Source of the DNA: Oscillospiraceae bacterium
Lineage (GTDB): Bacteria > Bacillota > Clostridia > Oscillospirales > Acutalibacteraceae
Assembly: GCA_015066095.1 (NCBI GenBank)
Contig: SVPC01000003.1
Span: 1,407 to 65,406, forward strand
DNA length: 64,000 bases
Direction of reading: 5' to 3'
In this document: piece after piece, positions 9,601 to 18,594 of the stretch
Layout of the letters: each line of letters begins with the position of its first letter
Numbering within the stretch: the stretch's first letter is position 1
The notes under the pieces: generated by a model
Told to the model about the DNA's origin: nothing
Databases searched by the model: none
What the model saw: only the letters and a program-made list of their open reading frames with translations
Program-made: the position numbers and the translations under genes

Positions 9601-10312
9601 CTTCGAAAGTAACCTTATCAATATTCGTAAGGAATGTGGTGTGACGGCAGTGGTCAGACCAGTATGTATCAATCATACGAATTTCAGTAATGGTAGGGTT
9701 GCGCTTTTCGGTTTTGAAATATTCCTGACAGAATGTGATATCATCAATGTCCATAGCAAGACCGTACTGCTTAATAAAGCCTTCAAGACCTGTGCGGTCG
9801 AGTTCTACAAAACCGTCCAAAGTTTCAACTGTGGTGGGAATATCATAATTAACCTTTAATGTTTCATAAAGTTCAAGAGTTGCTTCGCGTGACTCTACAG
9901 GGTTAATGAGATACTTTTTAATAGCCGCAAGTTCTTCGGCGGAAATATCGCCGTAAAGACAGTAAACCTTAGCGGTTTTAACTGTGGGGCGCTCTTTCTG
10001 AGAAATGATTTGGATACATTGCGCGGCAGAGTCGGCACGTTGGTCGTACTGACCGGGAAGATACTCGGTAGCAAAAACGGTAGCACCGTTTGTATCAATT
10101 TCACTTGTAGCAATATCGAGTTGAGGCTCTGAAAATACGGTATTTACTGCATAGTCGAACAAATCTTTTTCGATATTTTCAACATCGTAACGGTTGATTA
10201 CTCTTACATCTTTAACAGAAGAAATCTGCAACAAACCGTTTATATTCGCCAATACGCCTTTGGCTTCGTTGGCGAGTTCTTTTTTCTTTTCAACATATAC
10301 ACGATAAACCAT
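6623..10312 (-). CDS. purL: phosphoribosylformylglycinamidine synthase, single-chain large form
   Basis: 1229 aa. Contains [34 protein letters not shown] and a C-terminal amidotransferase with GICNGFQAL. Confidence 0.95.
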   Translation of the reverse strand: [1229 protein letters not shown]

Positions 10313-11577
10313 TATTTAAGTACCTCCATTGCCTTTTTGCCTATGTCTTTGCGGTAGAAAGCGTTATCGAATGTAACACTTGCTACATTTTTATATGCCT
10401 TTTCTAAAGCGGTTTTAAGGTCTTCGGCTGTATCAGTAACACCGAGCACACGGCCGCCTGCGGTTTTAAGTTCACCGTCTACAAGTTTTGCACCTGCAAC
10501 ATATACTTTATCGGCAACATCGTCACCGATATTAAGGGTGAAACCGCTTTCATATTTTTGGGGATAACCGAGGGAAGCCATTACAACACAAGCGGCGGAA
10601 CCGCTTGAAAACTTTACGGGAGTTTCAGCTAAAGTACCGTTTGTGGTGGCTTGCATAATTGTTAAAAGGTCGCTTTCCAAAAGGGGGAGTACAACCTGAG
10701 TTTCGGGGTCGCCAAAACGGCAGTTATATTCGATTACCTTAGGACCTTTGGGAGTTAACATAAGACCAAAGTAAAGACAACCTTTAAAAGTTCGGTTTTC
10801 GGCATTCATAGCGTTTATTGTAGGAATAAAGATTTTTTCCATACATATCTTTGCGATGTCTTCTGTGTAGTAGGGGTTGGGTGCTACAGTACCCATACCT
10901 CCTGTATTAAGACCTTTATCGCCGTCGAGTGCACGTTTGTGGTCCATAGAAGAAACCATCGGCACAACAGTTTTACCGTCGGTAAAGGAAAGTACCGAAA
11001 CCTCAGGACCTGTTAAAAATTCTTCAATTACAACATTATTACCGCTTTCGCCGAAGATTTTGTCTTCCATCATAGAGCGAACAGCATTCTTTGCATCTTC
11101 TCTGGTTTCGGCGATGATAACGCCCTTACCAAGTGCCAAGCCGTCAGCTTTTATAACTGTGGGAATGGGTGAGGTATCTAAATATTCTAGTGCTTTTCCC
11201 AAATCGTTAAACACTTCATATTCGGCAGTCGGGATGTTGTATTTTTTCATAAGGTTTTTAGAGAAAACTTTACTGCCTTCAATAATAGCCGCCGCTTTGT
11301 TAGGACCAAAGCAGGGGATACCAGCATCTGTCAAAGCATCAACTGCACCAAGCACCAACGGGTCGTCGGGTGCTACAATAGCATAGTCAATATTATTTAC
11401 CTTTGCAAATTCCACCTGTTTTTCAATATCTTTTGCACCGATATCTACAAGGGTTGCATCGTTATGCATACCGCCGTTACCTGGCAGAGCAAAAATTTCG
11501 GTAATATTTTTGTTTTCTTTTAATTTTTTAATGATGGCGTGTTCTCTTCCTCCGCCACCTACAACCATTATTTTCAT
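10312..11577 (-). CDS. purD: phosphoribosylamine--glycine ligase
   Basis: 421 aa. N-terminus MKIMVVGGGGREHAI and the ATP-grasp GARS pattern. The stop overlaps the purL start. Confidence 0.95.
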   Translation of the reverse strand: MKIMVVGGGGREHAIIKKLKENKNITEIFALPGNGGMHNDATLVDIGAKDIEKQVEFAKVNNIDYAIVAPDDPLVLGAVDALTDAGIPCFGPNKAAAIIEGSKVFSKNLMKKYNIPTAEYEVFNDLGKALEYLDTSPIPTVIKADGLALGKGVIIAETREDAKNAVRSMMEDKIFGESGNNVVIEEFLTGPEVSVLSFTDGKTVVPMVSSMDHKRALDGDKGLNTGGMGTVAPNPYYTEDIAKICMEKIFIPTINAMNAENRTFKGCLYFGLMLTPKGPKVIEYNCRFGDPETQVVLPLLESDLLTIMQATTNGTLAETPVKFSSGSAACVVMASLGYPQKYESGFTLNIGDDVADKVYVAGAKLVDGELKTAGGRVLGVTDTAEDLKTALEKAYKNVASVTFDNAFYRKDIGKKAMEVLK

Positions 11578-11588
11578 CTAAATACTCC

Positions 11589-12827
11589 TTAATAGATGGG
11601 GAATTTAGCACACAATTCCTGTACTTCTTTGGAAATCTGTTCTTTACTAGCTTCAAAATCGCTTACAACCAAGCGAATCCAATGAGCAATTTTTTTCATT
11701 TCTTCTTCCTTGAAACCGCGTGTGGTAACGGCAGGAGTACCGATACGAAGACCGCTTGTAACAAACGGGCTTTGTGGGTCGTTGGGGATGGTGTTTTTAT
11801 TTGCGGTAATGTGCACCTCGTCAAGACGGTGTTCAAGTTCTTTACCTGTGATACCTTCGTTAACGAGTTTTAAAAGCATCAAGTGGTTATCTGTACCGCC
11901 TGATACAAGTTCGAAGCCTTCTTCTATGAGCGCTTCTGCCAAAGCGGCGGCATTTTTAACAACCTGAGTTTGATATTCCTTATATTCTTCGGTCAACGCT
12001 TCGCCCAAAGCCACTGCTTTAGCGGCGATAATGTGCATTAAGGGGCCGCCTTGAGTACCTGGGAATACTGCTTTATTTATTTTAAGAGCCAATTCTTCAT
12101 CATTGCAAAGAATCATACCGCCACGGGGGCCGCGAAGAGTCTTATGTGTGGTGGTGGTAACAACGTGAGCATAGGGGATGGGGGAAGGATGAACACCTGC
12201 GGCGATAAGACCCGCGATGTGAGCCATATCAACCATTAAATATGCGCCAACCTCGTCTGCGATTTCGCGGCAACGCTTGAAGTCGATAACACGTGAGTAA
12301 GCAGAAGCACCAACAACAATAAGTTTGGGTTGACATTCGAGTGCTATTTTTCTCATTTCGTCATAGTCGATAGTTTCGGTTTTATCACTAACACCGTAAG
12401 GTACGATATTAAAATATTTACCCGAAATATTAACAGGTGAGCCGTGAGAAAGATGACCGCCTTGTTGTAAATTCATACCCATAACGGTGTCGCCGGGGTT
12501 TACAAGAGCAAAGAAAGCGGCAAGGTTTGCGTTAGCACCGCTGTGGGGCTGAACATTGGCAAAGTTACAGCCAAACACTTTTTTAGCGCGCTCGCGTGCG
12601 ATTTCTTCAACAATGTCAACACACTGGCAACCGCCGTAGTAACGCTTTGAAGGATAACCTTCGGCATATTTATTGGTAAGGATACCGCCTGCGGCTAAAA
12701 GCACTGCTTCGGAAACGATATTTTCACTTGCGATAAGTTCGATATTACCGCGCTGACGATTAAGTTCTTTTTCACAAGCGTCAGCAACTTCACTATCGAA
12801 GTTTTTCAAATTTTCAAAAAAGTTCAT
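11589..12827 (-). CDS. glyA: serine hydroxymethyltransferase
   Basis: 412 aa. PLP-lysine motif [16 protein letters not shown] and LIASENIVS near the N-terminus. Confidence 0.95.
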   Translation of the reverse strand: MNFFENLKNFDSEVADACEKELNRQRGNIELIASENIVSEAVLLAAGGILTNKYAEGYPSKRYYGGCQCVDIVEEIARERAKKVFGCNFANVQPHSGANANLAAFFALVNPGDTVMGMNLQQGGHLSHGSPVNISGKYFNIVPYGVSDKTETIDYDEMRKIALECQPKLIVVGASAYSRVIDFKRCREIADEVGAYLMVDMAHIAGLIAAGVHPSPIPYAHVVTTTTHKTLRGPRGGMILCNDEELALKINKAVFPGTQGGPLMHIIAAKAVALGEALTEEYKEYQTQVVKNAAALAEALIEEGFELVSGGTDNHLMLLKLVNEGITGKELEHRLDEVHITANKNTIPNDPQSPFVTSGLRIGTPAVTTRGFKEEEMKKIAHWIRLVVSDFEASKEQISKEVQELCAKFPIY

Positions 12828-12845
12828 TCTAGTTCTCCTTAAATA

Positions 12846-14030
12846 TTAGTGGTGGAACAAGCGCATACCTGTAAACGCCATAGCAATACCGTATTTATTG
12901 CAACATTCGATTACTGCATCATCACGGATTGAACCGCCGGGTTCTGCGATGTAAGAAACGCCGCTTCTGTAAGCACGTTCAATATTATCATCAAACGGGA
13001 AGAAAGCATCAGAACCTAATGCAACACCACTAATGGTTGAAAGATAAGCCTTGATTTCATCGTCGGTAAGGGGCGAAGGTTGTTCGGTAAAGTACTTCTG
13101 CCAGTTACCGTCTGCACATACGTCTTCTTCATTGCGGTTGATGTAACCGTCGATAACATTGTCGCGTGTGGGACGGGCAATATCATCCTTAAAGGGAAGA
13201 TTTAACACCTTGTCATGTTGTCTAAGGAACCAAGTATCTGCCTTACTACCTGCAAGACGTGTACAGTGGATACGTGACTGCTGACCGGCACCTACACCGA
13301 TAGCCTGACCGTCAACTGCAAAGCAAACCGAGTTAGATTGTGTATATTTTAATGTAATAAGAGAAATGATTAAATCGCGTTTTGCACTGTCAGGAAGATT
13401 TTTATTCTCGGTTACAAGGTTAGAAAGCAATTCTTGGTTGATTTCAAAGTTATTTCTGCCTTGTTCGAAAGTAATACCGTAAACCTGCTTGGTTTCTTGG
13501 GGAGCAGGTACATAATCGGGGTCGATTTTAACGATGTTGTAGTTACCGTTACGCTTTGATTTTAAAATTTCAAGTGCTTCGGGGTCATAATCAGGTGCGA
13601 TAACACCGTCGGATACCTCGCGTTTGATTAAAAGTGCCGTGGTAACATCGCACTTGTCAGAAAGGGCAACCCAGTCACCGAAAGAGCACATACGGTCTGT
13701 ACCGCGAGCACGTGCATAAGCACAAGCCAAAAGTGAATCGTCAAGACCTTCTATATCGTCTACAAAACAAGCCTTTTTAAGTTTTTCGGGGAGAACAGTA
13801 CCAACTGCGGCACTTGTAGGGCTAACGTGCTTAAAGGAAGTAACCGCAGGAAGACCTAATGCCTCTTTTAGTTCTTTTACCAACTGCCAAGAGTTGAATG
13901 CATCAAGGAAATTGATATAACCCGGTCTGCCGCAAAGAATTTCTATCGGTAATTCACTGCCGTCTGCCATATATATTTTGGAGGGTTTTTGGTTGGGGTT
14001 ACAACCGTATTTAAGTTCAAATTCTTTCAT
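12846..14030 (-). CDS. purH: AICAR formyltransferase (PurH AICARFT domain only, no MGS/IMP-cyclohydrolase domain)
   Basis: 394 aa starting MKEFELKYGCNPNQ. Has AICARFT motifs (FKHVSPTSAAVG, IAEPGGSIRDD) and is about 120-130 aa shorter than bifunctional PurH. Confidence 0.85.
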   Translation of the reverse strand: MKEFELKYGCNPNQKPSKIYMADGSELPIEILCGRPGYINFLDAFNSWQLVKELKEALGLPAVTSFKHVSPTSAAVGTVLPEKLKKACFVDDIEGLDDSLLACAYARARGTDRMCSFGDWVALSDKCDVTTALLIKREVSDGVIAPDYDPEALEILKSKRNGNYNIVKIDPDYVPAPQETKQVYGITFEQGRNNFEINQELLSNLVTENKNLPDSAKRDLIISLITLKYTQSNSVCFAVDGQAIGVGAGQQSRIHCTRLAGSKADTWFLRQHDKVLNLPFKDDIARPTRDNVIDGYINRNEEDVCADGNWQKYFTEQPSPLTDDEIKAYLSTISGVALGSDAFFPFDDNIERAYRSGVSYIAEPGGSIRDDAVIECCNKYGIAMAFTGMRLFHH

Positions 14031-14041
14031 TTTGCTACTCC

Positions 14042-14758
14042 TTATTTGTTTTTGTTAACGATTCTTGATTCATAAGAGCCGTCAGAAAGGTCTATATATC
14101 TTACAAACAAAGATACTTTATTATCTTCGTTTAAGTTTTTCCAAATTAAATCGGTAAGTGTGTCGATATCACAATCGGGAAGTTCCAAGGATTTGGGTTC
14201 ACCCTCAAAACTGGGGAGGGGATTGCCGTCACACTTATAGGTGTGGATGAATTTTGCTTTGCCTTTAAGGGGATTAGAGTAAGCAAAAGTATATCTTTGG
14301 CAAGAAGAACCGTCACCATCAGCAGATTTTAGAATAGACATAGCATAGTTCATATCACCGTTTTCAAGACGGATAATACCCGAAATACGGGGTGTGTAGT
14401 TGGGAGCATCGTCTTCAAATTCACGGGTACGAAGTGCCTGTTCAAATGTCATTTGTCTATCCATAAGTTCGTAGATAGTATCGGTCTGGTCGCCGTTGGT
14501 AACAATTGTTTTGTTACCAAGTACGCGAACGGGTGCGTAAATAATTAAATGGGGGTCGGTCATTTTAGACTCGTCAAAAGCCTGTGTGCGAATGCCTTCG
14601 CCGTCTTCTATAAATACGCGGTTACGGCTATTTTCGCTTCTGCCCATAATGAAATATGCGGTAATTGCCTTTGTGCCGTCTGCACTTTTACCGATAATAA
14701 TACCTCTGCCGTGGTAGGCAAGTGTGTTAAGTTCGTCTGCAATATTTTTGATTTCCAT
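14042..14758 (-). CDS. IMP cyclohydrolase, PurO-like (archaeal-type) family
   Basis: 238-aa ORF directly upstream of the AICARFT-only purH in the pur operon. Sequence flavour (AYHGRGIIIGKS..., IYAPVRV) recalls the PurO-type IMP_cyclohyd family. The assignment is from memory plus context. Confidence 0.6.
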   Translation of the reverse strand: MEIKNIADELNTLAYHGRGIIIGKSADGTKAITAYFIMGRSENSRNRVFIEDGEGIRTQAFDESKMTDPHLIIYAPVRVLGNKTIVTNGDQTDTIYELMDRQMTFEQALRTREFEDDAPNYTPRISGIIRLENGDMNYAMSILKSADGDGSSCQRYTFAYSNPLKGKAKFIHTYKCDGNPLPSFEGEPKSLELPDCDIDTLTDLIWKNLNEDNKVSLFVRYIDLSDGSYESRIVNKNK

Positions 14759-14769
14759 AGTAAATCCTC

Positions 14770-15420
14770 CTATTTAATAAAGGTCTTGCCGTCTTTAATT
14801 TCTATTTTTTCATCGCAAAGTAATGCTACCGCTTGTGGTAAAATTTTCCACTCAGCTTCTTGCATTATTCTTAGTTGCAAAGTTTCGGGAGTGTCATCGT
14901 CTTTTACCTCTACTGCTTTTTGCAAGATTATAGGACCTGCATCACATTCAGCGGTTACGAAGTGAACCGTAGCACCCGAAACCTTAACGCCTTTTTTAAG
15001 CGCTTCTTCATGAACATGGAGCCCGTAATAACCTTTACCACAAAAAGAGGGGATAAGAGCAGGGTGAACGTTCACCATTTTATCCTTAAAAGTGTCGCAT
15101 ACCGCGTCGCCGAGAATGGTCATAAAACCTGCATACACAATTACATCTGCTTTTTCTTCGAGCAATATATCGCGCATATCCTCGCTGTATTTTTCTACGC
15201 TATCGTAATCTTTGCGGATAAGTGTGCGTGTTTTAATGCCGTTATCTTTTGCACGGGTAAGTGCATAAGCATCGGCTTTAGAAGCCACAACGCAAGTGAT
15301 TTTGCCGCTGCCTAATTCTCCGCGATGCTGGGCATCAATAAGGGCTTGTAAATTTGTACCGCCACCCGATGCCAAAACAACCACGTTTTTAGTATTATTC
15401 AATGATAACACCTCTGTCAC
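14770..15420 (-). CDS. purN: phosphoribosylglycinamide formyltransferase
   Basis: VLASGGGTNLQALID, NVHPALIPSFCG and GATVHFVTAECDAGPII motifs. The annotated start overlaps the purM 3' end by 26 nt, so the true start may be slightly downstream. Confidence 0.9.
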   Translation of the reverse strand: MTEVLSLNNTKNVVVLASGGGTNLQALIDAQHRGELGSGKITCVVASKADAYALTRAKDNGIKTRTLIRKDYDSVEKYSEDMRDILLEEKADVIVYAGFMTILGDAVCDTFKDKMVNVHPALIPSFCGKGYYGLHVHEEALKKGVKVSGATVHFVTAECDAGPIILQKAVEVKDDDTPETLQLRIMQEAEWKILPQAVALLCDEKIEIKDGKTFIK

Positions 15421-16432
15421 TCTTGATTACAGTGCCGATTACATAAGGCTCTTCGCCTGCGTCTTTAAGAATTTCAAGTGCCTTTTCGGCATCTTCTTTT
15501 GCTACCACAATACTCATACCAACACCCATATTAAATGTGTTGAACATATCACGCTCTGGAATGTTGCCAACCTTTGCAATAAGGTCGAAAATGGGGAGGA
15601 TTTTAACATCATCTTTTTTGATTTTAGCGGCAAAGCCTTCGGGCAAACTTCTCGGAATGTTTTCATAGAATCCGCCGCCTGTAATATGGGAAATAGCGCG
15701 AACTTTTACATTATCTAAAAGTGCTAAAACAGGTTTAACATAAATTTTGGTGGGGGTAAGTAAGGTTTCGCCTAATGTTTTACTGCCGAGTTCGGGATAG
15801 GTTTTATTAAGGTCGCAGTTTTCAACATCGAAAACCTTGCGAACAAGTGAAAAACCGTTTGAATGTACACCGCTTGAGGGAAGCGCGATAATAACATCGT
15901 CTTCTTCCATAGTGGTGTTATCAAGTATTTTCTTTTTATCAACAATACCTACTGCAAAACCTGCAAGGTCGTAGTCATCTACGGGCATCATACCGGGATG
16001 TTCTGCGGTTTCACCGCCGATTAAAGCAGCACCCGATTGAACACAACCCTCTGCAACACCGCTAACAATCTCTGCAATCTTTTCAGGAATATTCTTACCA
16101 CAAGCGATATAGTCAAGGAAGAAAAGGGGTTTAGCACCGCAACAAATAATATCATTTACACACATAGCAACAGCATCGATGCCGATAGTGTCGTGCTTGT
16201 CCATAAGGATTGCAAGTTTAACCTTTGTGCCACAACCGTCAGTACCGCTAACGAGTACAGGTTCTTCATAACCCAAAGGCAAACCAAAGCAACCGCCAAA
16301 GCCGCCTACATCATCAAGGCAACCTGCGTTCTTAGTTCTTTTAATGTGTTGCTTCATAAGTTCTACCGCTTTGTAACCTGCGGTAATGTCAACGCCTGCA
16401 TCGGCGTAAGATTTAGATTGTGAATTATTCAT
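15395..16432 (-). CDS. purM: phosphoribosylformylglycinamidine cyclo-ligase (AIR synthetase)
   Basis: 345 aa with DVGGFGG, SGTDGCGTK and GGETAEHPG motifs. Confidence 0.95.
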   Translation of the reverse strand: MNNSQSKSYADAGVDITAGYKAVELMKQHIKRTKNAGCLDDVGGFGGCFGLPLGYEEPVLVSGTDGCGTKVKLAILMDKHDTIGIDAVAMCVNDIICCGAKPLFFLDYIACGKNIPEKIAEIVSGVAEGCVQSGAALIGGETAEHPGMMPVDDYDLAGFAVGIVDKKKILDNTTMEEDDVIIALPSSGVHSNGFSLVRKVFDVENCDLNKTYPELGSKTLGETLLTPTKIYVKPVLALLDNVKVRAISHITGGGFYENIPRSLPEGFAAKIKKDDVKILPIFDLIAKVGNIPERDMFNTFNMGVGMSIVVAKEDAEKALEILKDAGEEPYVIGTVIKSDRGVIIE

Positions 16433-16436
16433 TTTC

Positions 16437-17861
16437 TTATTCCTTTCCGTCCCAACAGTAAGTACATAATTGGTCTTTTGGTAGTCCTATTGCTTCGATA
16501 ATACCATCGAGTGTTTGGAACTCGAGCGAAGCAAAGTTGAATTTTTCTGCAATACATTTGCGTAGATTCTTACCGCGAGTGGTAGAAGAATCACTGTATT
16601 CCGCAATGTGTTTGAACCCTTCTTCACCTTCGAGTTCTAAAATAACACGACGGGCGATAAGGTCAAGGTCGCTTTGATTGCGCGAAAAACTTAAATATTT
16701 ACAAGAGTACATAATTGGCGGACAAGCCGAACGCATGTGTACTTCTTTTGCGCCGTTCTGATAAAGGAAATCTACCGTTCCTTTAAGCTGTGTACCGCGT
16801 ACTATAGAGTCATCCACAAAAAGGAGTTTCTTATCAATGATAAGTTCGTGAATGGGGATTTGCTTCATTTTAGCAATACGGTTACGGTCTTTTTGGCTTT
16901 TAGGGGTAAAACTACGAGCCCAGGTAGGTGTGTACTTAATAAACGCACGGGCAAACCGCGCATCACTAACATTGGCATAACCGATAGCGTGTGGTGTTCC
17001 TGAATCGGGCACACCGCCTACATAGTCTATATCTTGTGCTATCTTGTTTGCTTTATCGTTACGCGCCATAATTTCACCGTTGCGATAACGCATTATTTCT
17101 ACATTCACACCCTCGTAACTTGAGGTGGGGTAGCCGTAATAACTCCAAAGAAAAGCACAAATCTTTTTGGTTTTTAGCGCAGGTGATAAAACTGTAAGTG
17201 AATCTTCAGTGAGTTCTACAATTTCACCCGGACCTAATTCTTTCTCGTCATTGTAACCGAGTTTCTGGTAAGAAAAAGACTCAAACGCAACACAATAACC
17301 CTCATCATTTTTGCCTACGAGTATTGGCAATCTGCCCACTTTGTCACGTGCCGCTATTAAAGAGCCGTAATCGGTCAAAATTAAAATGGAAGCCGTGCCG
17401 TCGATAACTTCTTGCGCGTATTTAATACCCTCGGCAAAGGAATCCTTTTGGTTAATTAGTGAAGCCACTAATTCAACCGAATTTACCTTACCGCCGGTCA
17501 TGGCGTCAAAGTGGTTACCGTTTTTGGCAACACATTCTTCTATAAGTTCTTCGGCATTGTTAATAATGCCGATAAAAGAAATAGCGTAAGCGCCGAGCTT
17601 TGAACGAATAAGCAAAGGTTGAGGCTCAAAGTCGCTTATGCAACCTATGGCCGCAGTACCACTCATTTCGTCAAAAACATTTTCAAACTTTGTTCTAAAG
17701 GGTGAGTTTGTAATGTTGTGAATATCGCGCTGCAAACCAATTTCTTTATCGTAAGCAGCAAGACCGCCGCGGCGTGTGCCTAAATGTGAATGATAGTCAG
17801 TTCCAAAGAAAACATCAGCAATAGCATCAGTTTTGTTGACTACTCCAAAAAAACCGCCCAT
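16437..17861 (-). CDS. purF: amidophosphoribosyltransferase homologue lacking the N-terminal nucleophile Cys
   Basis: 474 aa in the canonical purC-purF-purM position. PRTase motif LLFVDDSIVRGTQL and C-terminal Cys residues (CPPIMYSC, CTYC). The N-terminus is MGGFFGV, not MCG..., with an AAGGAG RBS immediately upstream. Confidence 0.8.
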   Translation of the reverse strand: MGGFFGVVNKTDAIADVFFGTDYHSHLGTRRGGLAAYDKEIGLQRDIHNITNSPFRTKFENVFDEMSGTAAIGCISDFEPQPLLIRSKLGAYAISFIGIINNAEELIEECVAKNGNHFDAMTGGKVNSVELVASLINQKDSFAEGIKYAQEVIDGTASILILTDYGSLIAARDKVGRLPILVGKNDEGYCVAFESFSYQKLGYNDEKELGPGEIVELTEDSLTVLSPALKTKKICAFLWSYYGYPTSSYEGVNVEIMRYRNGEIMARNDKANKIAQDIDYVGGVPDSGTPHAIGYANVSDARFARAFIKYTPTWARSFTPKSQKDRNRIAKMKQIPIHELIIDKKLLFVDDSIVRGTQLKGTVDFLYQNGAKEVHMRSACPPIMYSCKYLSFSRNQSDLDLIARRVILELEGEEGFKHIAEYSDSSTTRGKNLRKCIAEKFNFASLEFQTLDGIIEAIGLPKDQLCTYCWDGKE

Positions 17862-17889
17862 AATTACTCCTTAAAATATGCTTAGTGGA

Positions 17890-18576
17890 TTATGCAAAGA
17901 AAAGTTTTGACAAGGTCATGGGGTCAATATACTGACCGTCTTTGTAAACACGCATATTGCCCGAAGCAATTTCGTCTATAAGCATTACGCTACCATCTTT
18001 GTCATAGCCGAATTCAAACTTAATATCGTAAAGGTCAAGACCCTTTTCTTTAAGGTCGTCAGCAACGATTTTGGTAATCTGCTGTGTCATAACTTTAATA
18101 TCATCATATTGCTTGTCGGTCATAACACCAAGTGCTACGAGAGCATCTTTATTTACAAGCGGGTCGCCCTTTTCATCATTCTTAAATGTAGTTTCAACAT
18201 AAGCGGGGAGGTCTGCGCCTTCTTCAATATAGTCGCCGTAACGACGGATAAAACTACCAACTGCTTTGTAACGGCAGATAACTTCAAGACCGTGACCGAA
18301 AACCTTTGCAGGAAGAACTTCCATAGTTGTATCTTCAAGGTTAGCATTGATAAAGTGAGTTTTGATACCTGCAGCATTTACTTTTTCAAAGAAATAGATA
18401 GACATACGAAGGTTTACGTCGCCAACACCATCGATAGTGATACCAACTTGATTTTCACCGGGGTCGAAAACGCCGTCTTTACCTGTGCAGTCATCCTTGA
18501 ATTTTAAAAGGCAGTTGCCGTTTTCAAGTGAATAAACGTCTTTTGTTTTACCTGTGTAAACTAACTTTTTTTCCAT
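17890..18576 (-). CDS. purC: phosphoribosylaminoimidazole-succinocarboxamide (SAICAR) synthase
   Basis: The ATG at 18576 follows a GGAGG RBS; the TTG at 18591 in the ORF track overlaps that RBS. The N-terminus ([15 protein letters not shown]) matches the SAICAR synthetase family. Confidence 0.9.
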   Translation of the reverse strand: MEKKLVYTGKTKDVYSLENGNCLLKFKDDCTGKDGVFDPGENQVGITIDGVGDVNLRMSIYFFEKVNAAGIKTHFINANLEDTTMEVLPAKVFGHGLEVICRYKAVGSFIRRYGDYIEEGADLPAYVETTFKNDEKGDPLVNKDALVALGVMTDKQYDDIKVMTQQITKIVADDLKEKGLDLYDIKFEFGYDKDGSVMLIDEIASGNMRVYKDGQYIDPMTLSKLFFA

Positions 18577-18594
18577 TTTTATTTCCTCCAAAAT

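Noticed and set aside
5045-10113. Numerous 60-130-aa ORFs antisense or out of frame within fhs and purL (similar ones occur in purD, glyA, purN, purM, purF, purC, groEL, priA, prkC, relA and others)
   Set aside because: They are embedded in long, strongly supported housekeeping CDSs, lack RBSs and have low-complexity compositions typical of shadow ORFs.
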